From: Amphiscolops sp. MND2022
Taxonomy: Eukaryota
DNA: 64,000 nucleotides
NCBI GenBank assembly: GCA_964187785.1
Contig: OZ076409.1
Location: 60,576,001 to 60,640,000, forward strand
Direction: 5' to 3'
Part shown: in pieces, positions 27,930-38,600 of the stretch
How positions within the stretch are numbered: the stretch's first letter is position 1
Layout of the letters: each line of letters begins with the position of its first letter
The notes under the pieces: model-generated
Told to the model about the DNA's origin: nothing
What the model saw: the letters and a program-made list of their open reading frames with translations, nothing else
Database searches by the model: none
Position numbers and translations under genes: made by a program

Positions 27930-28997
27930 TCAGTAAGGCTGATTGATTTCATATTCATCTGGTGCTTCTCGCTCGCAAATGACATGACCTTGAATGTCAC
28001 AGGGGAAATCATCTAACCCCTCGACCTTTTGACCTTCGTCTTCTGCGTCTCGCAGCCATTTCCTGGACACACAAGATTCCATTGTGTCGTTTTTGGAGTT
28101 ATCCGGCTGATTTTTTCGCCAAACTGTTTCCGCCATTAGAAGTGCACAAAATGGTTGACATTTTAATGTATCGAAAATTGCTGGTTAATAAATTGAGGAG
28201 TTCAATCTTTCAAGCCCATCGCCATTTTTTGTGACATTGATGATCAAGTGACTTAGATTTCGATTAAACGTTTAGCGAAAAATGTTTCTCGATCATTTCA
28301 TTTTCCTATTAAAAGCGGCACTGGGATCTTTCGTTTTGTTTCTTGAGAAACGTTTTCAACATTTTTAGCGAAACTACAAGAGTCAATTTTGCGCACCGCT
28401 ATCGGGCATAGCCAAAGACTGGTCATAAACATCTCTGAAGTAGGACTTTTCCAGGACAATCTCGTCCAGATACTTCCGGTCGAAAGCGGCCAGTGAAAAG
28501 TGACGTCGTTTGTAGCCAGACCACATAACCTCTTGTTGTGACCACGTTTGACCCAGAATGAATGACCTAAAAATTTAAGCACGCGTCAGGCTTATTCAGG
28601 CAAAAACTGCGTTTGTCATTGAAAATCAGCAGTTCGACAACTTTGTGTTTTGGAAAAAGCTATTTAGTCGTTTCAAAATTAATGCTGCCACGATTCATAA
28701 CATTCCAGTAACGAATCATAACAGCATAAAATCGGACAATTTGGAAGTTTTTCGAACTCGACATGGTTCGGAATTGTTATACCGTACTATGTTTACGTCA
28801 TCAGAACCCAACGAATATTTCAGAGTCGGTGTGGTTTTTGGGTCATCGTGTGTGATACCTGAGGAGTTCGACCTCTTGTGTGTTCCGAGGCTGAACTAGT
28901 CGGGCGTAGATTCCGTTGCAGTAGTCAAAGGCTTCGTACCAGTTCATAGCCTCTCCACTGAACAACACACATGCCTTCTCACACGAACCAGTGTAAC
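27930..28997 (-). CDS. C-type lectin domain protein (3 exons found; 5' exon(s) not identified)
   Basis: Phase-compatible exons 28997-28859, 28566-28397 and 28123-27930 give CVLFSGEAMNWYEAFDYC...ARLVQP...MWSGY...VWRKNQPDN...ESCV...LDDFPC...HVICE, the CTLD cysteine pattern with a QPD motif. Confidence 0.82.
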
Positions 28998-31740
28998 CTG
29001 GAATTAAAAAAAAAACAAAACTGAATCTGCAAAACTTTTCTTCCGTCTGTCAAAAATGATAACAAGACGCCCGCTGACCAGCAGGATATTTTCCGTCCCA
29101 ACTATTACAGCAATGACATAGTTTTGAGGCTCAAGAGTAGCCATTGCACTATGAAAACGCATAGAGGTTTGATGAAAAAAGGTTTGACACTTTTTGAATA
29201 ATGTCATACCATTTTAGAAGGAAATACTTCAAGAAGACACCGCACACCTATTTGGTTTTTCGTCAGATTGTGTGTATTCCAAAACCTAACCAATTGACTT
29301 TTATTTAAATTTGCACGATGTCGCCCAAAACGTCAAAACTTCTACAATTTTGCTTTTTCGACAACTTTGCGGTCATTTGAGGAACTTTTACAAGAAACTT
29401 TAGATGTCTTTTTAAAAACGCCTATTGGATAACAGGTCCAGTCGTTCTTGAATAACAAAATTGCTCGAAACGTTTACAAAAAAGTATATCAAAAATTTCA
29501 GAAACAAAAAATTGATTTTCACTAAATTTCAAGTCGTTCTGACGAACTTTTTGCATACACAATTGTAGATTTCTTTTTTAGAAATCCTGCATGCCTACTC
29601 CGAAAGGTTAGACATCTGCACTATTAGGATGTTTTGGTAACTTTCAATAGAAATTCACTAATTTGTCGAACAACTGCCAAAACTTGTTTTTTTTTTCGAC
29701 TATTTTGGGGTCATTTTGAGGCTCTTTTCTAACGTGAAACTGCAATTCACCTTCAAAAAACCTACTAAATAACGCATTTGTTCGCTGTTGAGGGTTTTCT
29801 GTCTTCCAACGATGGAAACGCCTCAAAAAATTCAGAACTTTGCATAAGAAACGTTGAATTTCAACTTTTTATTTCCGACTCATCAGGGTCACATTTGAGG
29901 TTTTGAAGTACTTTTGAAGCAAAATACTGCAACTTTCTTCAAAATAGCGTACTGCATAGCTGGTTTTTTCGTTTTCGAGAGTTTTGAATATTCTTAGTCA
30001 CAAAAACTTTCAAAATTTGAACAGAAACTGCAGCAAAAACTTTAAATTTGAAGTATTTCTGATGTAAAGCACTGTAATTTTCTCATCAAGAAGGGAAACT
30101 ACATACCTGATTCTATCGCCTTTGACTGTTTTGAACCATCTAACTCAACAAATTCTTGAAAATTGTACCCAAATAACAAGAAGAGCCTACATAAACTGGA
30201 AATTTTTGGAGTTTTCGACAATTTTTGAGTCAAATTACAGCACGTTTGTTACCAAAAACTGGCACTTATCACCTCAAAAAGCCCAACAGACACGGCCTTC
30301 AGTTGTTGTTGAATAGTTTCAGAATTCTAAGCCATGAAAAAGTTGAAACGTTTACAAAAATTTAGTTGTAAAGAACAAAATTGTAAAAACGTAAGATTTT
30401 TTGATTATTTTGGGTTCCATTTGACAATTCTTTTTTTACAAAACTGCATTTATCTCCGCAAACAACCCTATTGGACAACGAAATCATTCGTGGTTGAAGG
30501 TATTTAACGTTCTGATCCATGAAATCTTTAGAAATTTGACAAAAGTTGCATGAAAACGTGAAAAATTGGTACTTTTCGAAGTTATTGTCATTTTTGGTCG
30601 CAAATTGTGTTTTTTTTTCATTAAAAACCTTCGTTTATTTCCTAAAAAAGCCTCCCGTACAATCAATTTGTTGAAAGCCACGAAAATTATCAATAAATTG
30701 ACAAAAATTGCACAAAATTGGAAAGTTTTGCAGTTTTTACTATTTTTGTGGGGTCATTTTTGGGTCACTCTGGGGTTTTTGGGGCCAATCAAAAAAGTCC
30801 AAAAATCTCGACAAATACATACCGCATGATACTAATTTTTCATCAGTTGAGTTCTATGGGTGAAACCCTTTAGGTAGGATATAATTTAATTCTTGGCAAA
30901 TTTTTGAAAAAGAACCCGTTTGATTTAAATATTTTCCTTTTCCATATGAAATATGGACGGAAAATACCAATGACCAACGTGACGCCTAATAGTGTTACAA
31001 TGTTTATCCAATGTTTATCAATAATCAACTACCCAATGTTTAAGTGATAGAACTAAGAACTAAGAAAGAACTAGAATGATTAAATTTCTCAACAAGCTCT
31101 ATCTGGAACCTCAAAACAACCGCAATGACTATGCAAAAGTTTTCAGTACGCCCGTATTTAGTACGAAGTTGCCAAGAAAATGCCAGTAGGCTTCAGATGC
31201 GTGCAGCGGAAAATTTGCGAGAAATGGTCAACCAGAAACGTTTTCATCTTGTATGTACCTTCAGTAAAGCCACTTATGGCCGAAATGGGTCAAACACCGA
31301 GCAAAAAAGCCCGACTGTTTCAAACTGCTCAACAGATTTTAAACTGACAGATTAGCTAATGCATCAGTTCGAAATAGTAAAAATTGTTGATTTTTTTCAC
31401 GGGAATGGAGTATTTGAAGACTTATTCTTTTTGATTTTTTAACCTCAACAAAGAAGTTATATTTTGGTTTTTGATGTTCAAAGTTAAAAATACGAACTCC
31501 GTGGAAACAAAAACGTTAAAAGTCAACGTTGTAAGAAAGAGTTCTCTTCTTGTGGTTTTTATTGTTCTATACTTTCAATTACAAAGGGACCAATGATATG
31601 CCACATGGCAAAGCGGTTAACGCGAATTTCTCACCGTGGCGAGTGAGTTTTTCTTCGCGGACGTGGGTTTTATTCTCGCTCTGAACCATGTTTTTGTTGC
31701 TCGGAAAGGTACAGTGGAGACCAAAAAGCCCCGTTCATGT

Positions 31741-32270
31741 TTTTTAGTCGGCGCCTTTTCCCTTAAGGAAAAAAGCCCGACTCTTACAGTGAGTAGTTTT
31801 TTTTTCAGTTGACAATCTCACTCTGAGTGGTCCACTTTTCTTACAATTTTTGTTCATCTTTCATATTCGTTCATCTTCCATCTTCGACCCAGCCGGAGAG
31901 CGTGGGTTCGATTCTCGCACTAAACCATAAATTTTTTATTGCTTCCAAAAGTACAGGTGAGACCAAAGGGTCCCCCCTTTGGGTTTTTTTCGGCACTATG
32001 CGACTTTTTTCGAAAATTTTCGAAATTTATCAAGGGGTACCCCCTTGAATTTTTTTGAAGTTTTCGGTTTGTAGAAAACGTTGAATGAGCCTGAATGGCC
32101 TCTTTTTGAGTTTTTCGGCATTGTGCGACCTAAAAAATACTTTTTTTCGAAAAAAATCAAAAATTTTTTTTTTGAAAAAAAAATTTTCTTCCAAATTTTT
32201 CCAATAGTTGTTCCTTGAATATTTTTGAGCCTAAGATATGGCGCCGACTTGGGACGTTCCCGTCTTGTTT
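31741..32270 (+). repeat. Helentron-like interspersed repeat copy
   Basis: TTTTT-AGTCGGCGC (31746-54) ... GCGCCGACT (32241-49), hairpin GACG-TTCC-CGTC, then TTGTT. A 3'-truncated copy starts near 32985. Confidence 0.75.
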
Positions 32271-33411
32271 GACATTATCGGACCTTTTTAAATGAAGGGT
32301 TCCCTTCGATTTTTAGCTGTAACACAGCGTGCTGCGAGCATACAGGATCGCAAAGAAGTTTTGAAACAACGCAATTGTTGAGCGTTTTTAGTAGGCGTTT
32401 TCGAAGAAAAAGCACGACTTTTACAGTGGCTAGTTTTTTTTTCGTCCGTTCAACGCAATCGGTCCAGCTTTTGTACATTATGCGTTTTTACCATAAGTAC
32501 TTAGTACTTCATTTTGAATGCATTCAAAGCCTCTAACATGAAATAAAAAACCATTGCAAAGCAGAAAGGTGCCCTTTCCACTTTTTTAACACTATAAGAC
32601 TTCCCCCTTTTTTCGGCTTTGTGAGACGAGACGTTTTTCGAACGTTTTTCGATGTCTCCCAATCGTCCCCCTTGAATTTTGATAATTTGCAACAGAATGG
32701 TTGTTAAAAACCTCAAAGGGTCTCCCTTCCATCAAATATTCCCAATCTGAGGCTAGATCAAAAGTTCAAATGGTTTTGGGCCTTGGCTTGGAGCATACAA
32801 ATATCGTAGCACCTTCTGCAAACCATTGAACGCTTCTGTTCGAAGCCAAGTGCGACATGCCGTCGCGCCTATGTTTCTTTTATTCATCTTGTGTTAATTT
32901 TACTCGGTGGTTTTTACTTTCGAGTGTATTTTATCTTTTCCAAAAGTTGCATCTGTGAACAACCTTGTTCATTTTATGTATCTTTTTTAGTCGGCGCCTT
33001 TTCTTTTTTTTTCTCCAGACCACAGACCTCACACTGAAAAGATAACTTTTTACAGAAACTACTAGATTACTAGACCAGCCAAGTCCGACCAGCGGAAACG
33101 CATCCAAGTTAGTACAAAGGGTCCCCTTTCATGTTTTCTTTTCCTAACGTAACATACAAAACCGAACGAGACTGAAGGATCCCGCTTTCAATTTTTTCCG
33201 CCACTGCGAGAATTTTTGTCGGGAATTTTTTAACGTCTCCTAAGTGTCCCCTTGAATTTTTTGATATTGTGCAACAGAATGAATGTTAAAAAATACCAAA
33301 GGGTCCCCGTTTTACATTTTTTTGGCAAAATTCTCATTTTTTAAACAATTATTAGGTTTTCTCAATATACATCCACCGATAACTTTTTTTCAAATCTCCA
33401 AAATAGCCGGA

Positions 33412-33679
33412 TGTACTGATCTACATTAATAACCAATAGTATTTAGATGTTTATAGAATGTTCTAGAATGTACATTTATTTGTTATTGAATGATTGTAAA
33501 TCTCTACTCCTTCAGAGAGAGAAAACTAATAATCAGTATTCAGTTGACTTCCTTTTTGTTCTACTCCTAACACCTCGGAATAGTTGTAATAAAGTAAGCT
33601 AGCTAGCCTGTCTCTCAGCCGCTTTTAGTAGTTGCGTATAAGACCATAAAAACAATAACCAACCATTAAAAGCAGCACA
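33412..33679 (+). repeat. 5' LTR (268 bp)
   Basis: TGTACTGATC...AAGCAGCACA; no difference from 51593-51860 seen by eye; AATAAA at 33588-33593. Confidence 0.95.
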
Positions 33680-33682
33680 ATT

Positions 33683-33697
33683 TGGTGCGACTTGTAA
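33683..33697 (+). promoter_or_regulatory. Putative primer-binding site (primer tRNA not assigned)
   Basis: TGGTGCGACTTGT begins 3 nt after the LTR end. Confidence 0.7.
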
Positions 33698-33920
33698 AAT
33701 TTTTCTCTTGTCCTTTCTCCTGGATGATTTCTCTTCTCTCAACAATCATACAAATACCACTCTCCATATTTGAAATTCTCTGGAATTGCAGTAAAATCTT
33801 TCTAGAATTTCTTGAAAGTTTGGTCTGTGACTTTCTAAATTTCATTACCAAATACATCATCGTTCGAAACACAATTTCTCCACTACAACAATCAATTTTA
33901 ATATAACAAAATTTCTTCAA

Positions 33921-34252
33921 TACCGGTTTATCACGTTTTCTAACACGTTGACACGGTTCTTTTTCCTGTTCTTCTAGCCATACCGGTTTATCACGTTTTC
34001 TAATACGTTGAAACGGTTTCATTTCAGACTGATTTATCCATTGTGACACAGTTCTGTTTTTCTTCTTTTTCCAGACTGATTTATCCAAAGTGACACAGTT
34101 CTGTTCTCCATACTGATTTATCACAGCTAATCCGGAAGCTTGTTGAAACAGTTCCTTGATGTATGTCTGGTTTATCAAGGTTTTCTAACACCTTTGACAC
34201 AGCAACATTTGTCTGGTTTATCATGGTTTTCTAACACCTTTGACACAGCAAC
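33921..34252 (+). repeat. Degenerate tandem repeats in the retroelement 5' leader
   Basis: Paired units CCGGTTTATCACGTTTTCTAA.ACGTTGA, CTGATTTATCCA..GTGACACAGTTCTGTT and TGTCTGGTTTATCA.GGTTTTCTAACACCTTTGACACAGCAAC. Confidence 0.8.
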
Positions 34253-35495
34253 TTTCTTCAATCCTGCTATCTTGAACGTCAGGTGGACTCCTGGTGTAAT
34301 AGTTGACTGAGTGCATGTCCAACTCCGTTCACCTATAAGCACATACGTCTCAAGATCAACTTCGTGTTGGCAGAAAACCTGGATTTTCTACTTTTACGTT
34401 TCGGATCCCCTTTCTACAAAATTTCCTATAAAAAAATTTCAGAAATAGACTCTGAAAACAAAAAAAGGCAACCAAGACTAACTACCGAAAACAACCACGC
34501 ACTATTCCCTTTCTTTCCCTATTGTCGACAAACAATACAAATAAATTCACAAAACTTAAATAATACACATAACTCCAAAAAAATGTTTTCACCAATCAAC
34601 AAAAATAACAATAACAAATAAACTCAAACTTCCCTTAAGTACTTCTAATAATAATAATAATTTTAACATAATCCTACCAAACAATTATTTTAACAAAATA
34701 CAACATACAATTTTCACAACTCTTTTGCTTTAAAACTTAAAATAAGGCATGTAAATAAAACAAAGAAAGTAAAGTTAGTTTTCTACTTTCAGGCACCCAC
34801 AATTCCTATTCCCTTCCGTAAGACTTAGCCAATCAGATAGCCACACCAGCGTACTCTGATTCTAAGACTGACTAAAAACCTTAGTTAAGTGTAAACGTCT
34901 TTAAGGAGAATCGAGAGGACACCGAACTACGTTCGAATCTTCAAAATTCTCAAGAAGTAAAAGTAAAAGTAAAAGAAACAAAGATCAAATTCTGATCTTG
35001 ATCAGTATTGATCAGACTTTAGATGGTGGACGTTGATTGTTCAGAGTTCCACTCCTTTAGTCTTAAAACACACAACCCACTTAAAATTAAAACAATCTTA
35101 GTTTTTCTGGACGTGTCAGTAACCTTATGTTAGACACCTTAAAGAGATCCAGACTTAAAATAACATTTAGTTTCTGTTAGCAATCCTTTGAGGTTGAATA
35201 CAGATCCTATTGCAACCGCTTATTTCTTCTCTATCCCAAAATATTAACTTCTCAAATAACTTCAAATTACAATACAACTTTTATGAACCCAAACCAAGAA
35301 ATTTATCCTTTCAACTTTTACATTCCACCAATTAGCTCACTTCAAAACCCTACACCAAACGATTTTGAAAGATTAATTGAACGATATCAACGATATTTCT
35401 TCTATATCATAAATCAACAAAGAAATTACCCAAGAGCTCGAACTTAGAAAATCTTTATATAAAACATTCTAACGTTATAACCTTCACATTACAAC

Positions 35496-35609
35496 ATGTG
35501 GGAAAAGGTTACCACAGTAGTACTCATTACAACATACACGTTTTGTGTCTTATTTATAGTTTGTGTTCTTCTTGAAAAAATACTTACAGTGATAAGAGAT
35601 AAACTTTAA
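35496..35609 (+). CDS. Small putative single-pass membrane protein (37 aa) immediately upstream of gag
   Basis: MWEKVTTVVLITTYTFCVLFIVCVLLEKILTVIRDKL*; 22-residue uncharged stretch; stop codon ends 2 nt before the gag ATG. Confidence 0.45.
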   Translation: MWEKVTTVVLITTYTFCVLFIVCVLLEKILTVIRDKL

Positions 35610-35611
35610 AA

Positions 35612-38600
35612 ATGTCCTCAACGACAACCCCTCTACCTTTCCAAACTCCCACCATTAAAAATGCAAAAGTTGTAAAATTAGAACTAAACCCATTTCTACA
35701 AAGCATTCTTTCACATTATACACAACCACTCCCATTTGAAAATGAACCTCACACAATTGAAACAATCCCTCTTATTAGAGAACATTTGGACACATACCTT
35801 TTCTATATTAGATATAAAGTTTTAACAATCACCGAAGAATACCCAACTTTTCAAATATCCTTTCCTCAACAAAAATTTAACTCATCTCATATATACAGAA
35901 GAACAATAAACCCAATAAACCTTCAAGTTCCTATTAAACAAGTCTTTCATGCTTTTCTAAATAATGTAAAAGACCACAATTTAGCACACGAAATTCCAAA
36001 ATATAGTCCAAATGCACTCGACGATCTTCAAAGATACATAGACAATTTCGACGTAGAAACTATTGAAACATTGGTTAATCCTGAAGACAATCCTCATCAT
36101 TGGTTACAAACTGATATATTACAAATTCAAAATTTCATCTACCACTACTTCAAAGACCTAACATTAAATAACCAAACAATTCCTCAGATCAAAGTAATAT
36201 CTTTATTTCTTAGAAAATATTTCAGATTTAATTACCAATTATTATGGTCTCAACAAGATCAACCTGCTTTTACAGAATTCCCAGATCAATTTACATCAGA
36301 AGAATGTTTACCATTCATTATCAGCGAACAAAATGAACACCCTTATTTTCATAAACCACAATTAATTACAAAACAAACCTTAGATTACATAAGTTTCGAT
36401 CCTCTATTAATTACAGAAAATGATCTATTCCCAGATAATAAACCTTACCACTATCAACAAAATTCTCAAGATCAACAAAATTTACATTTTAACACTAACA
36501 ATTCTACTGAAGATGATAACACCGATCAAGAAAATACAACCCAACAACAAAATCAACCTGAAAACTATAACGATAATGAGTTTACTACCCAAGAATCTAC
36601 AATTTCAACACATAATCCATCACAAACAGGGACATCAACATCAGTACATACTTACTCCTTTAGAGTTCCAACTAGAGTTATAAATCAAGGACAAAATATA
36701 CATAGTCCTCAATCTCATTTAGATACATCTCCAAACCGTAATATAACTTTTAACCTTCCACATACAGATGACATAAACGATGAAACCCATGATACATTAC
36801 AATATGATACTATGACTACATCTAGTGCTCACAATACTTCTGTTAATGTTGCATCCCCAACAAGAACTACCTCTGATTCTACAAGATACATTACTCGACC
36901 TAGATATGATCCTCCATCAATTCCCTCCGCCTTTCGCTCAAACAGATCGACCACTTCTAGCAACAATTTTAATGATAATCCTCAAACTTCCAACCGATAT
37001 TACGATCCATTTAATTATAACTTTTATCCTCCATCAAACACAACTACCAATACGAATATAAGCCAAAACCACTCTCAAATTAATACAATTTCAACAACAC
37101 AAAATCCCTTCATACAATTATCAAATACCAATACGTCCCAGAATATACATTCTCAAAATCGAGGAACCTCGTGTACTTCCATTTCTTATTCTAATATTAC
37201 ACAGAATTCTCAAAGAAGACTTCATAATCCTCCACTCACACATATACCAACTGATCCTCTGTATCAAACGCATTCAAATCCAAATCTTAACCCTAATCCT
37301 AACCCATTACCATCAAATACAATCCAATATATACCTCCACCACTCACACAACAATTAGCTCCGCCACCCCAATATTTCCCAATGCCGCAAGATACCTTTA
37401 TAAACATGTCCGCTTCAATACCAGAACCTATGAAACCTTTTGATGGTTTGGACCATTCTTACACCCCTGAAGAATATCTACAACAAGTCGAAGCAAGATT
37501 AACCTTCGCCATAGGTGAAGAACCTCAAAATAATCCTATAAAATACAAATCTTGGCATAATAGACGCATGGCTTACATACAATGTTCATTAATAGGAACA
37601 GCTCTCGATTGGTACACTAACCTCCATATATCATATAAACAACAATGGAATTCCTTTGTACAACTATTTAAAAAACAATTCTCATCTCAAAAAACTGCTT
37701 ACTACGCTCAAGTAGAAGCTATGTCACTCATGAAAAAGGATAATGAAACAGTTCGCCACTTTGCCCATAGAGTACAACAATTAGTTAAAAAGGGATGGTG
37801 TAATGAAAATGCAGCTACCATAAATCTCAAAAATAACGAAATCTTTACAAAAGGGTTACCAAAGAAATTAAAAGATTTTGCCCATAAACGACAAGTTAAA
37901 CATGTATCAACATTACTTGAACCTTCAATACCATTTCATACACTTGTTAGACATGTCGATTCAGAAGATGTTGTTAATGAAAAAATCAGAACTAACGACT
38001 TAGCCTTAGAAATAAACAAAGTATCGCTTGAAGAAGATACTAACAAAAAAGAATTTGAATACGAAGATCAGATAATGGTTACTCAAACTGGAGACCCAAA
38101 TAACAAAAGCAAACCAGCGTATAGAAAATATTGTTCCTATTGTCATAAAAATAATCATAGTATTTCAAATTGTTATCAAAAACAACGTGATGACGAATAC
38201 CAGAAATACAATAACCAAAGATCACGAACTCCTCAACAATGCTTTGTACAATATTTCCGTAGTAAACCTAATAATCCTCAGGAAAATCGAAATGAAAATA
38301 CAAACTCTTATTCCTCAGATAATGATCGTAATAAATACAATCAAAACTACTATAATGATAGATACAAAAACAATGATAGATATCGTAGCAATAGTAGAGA
38401 ATATTCGCAAAACAACTATAGATCAAACTCTCGACAAAGATGTCATAATCGATCCCGAAGTCCGTATAGATCTCGATTTGATAATTATTATCAAAGAAGA
38501 ACTCCATCTAGATCTCCATATAGATCTCCATACAGAAATAACTCAAATTACAGATATAATTCTCGCTCAAGATACAGATCTCGTTCTCAATCACAAGGAA

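Noticed and set aside
31257..31320. Possible first (signal peptide) exon of the C-type lectin on the minus strand
   Set aside because: The donor phase fits, but the frame contains a TGA and no start codon was found.
33666..34178. 170-aa antisense ORF in the retroelement leader
   Set aside because: TTG start, overlaps the leader tandem repeats, and has no recognisable features; probably incidental.
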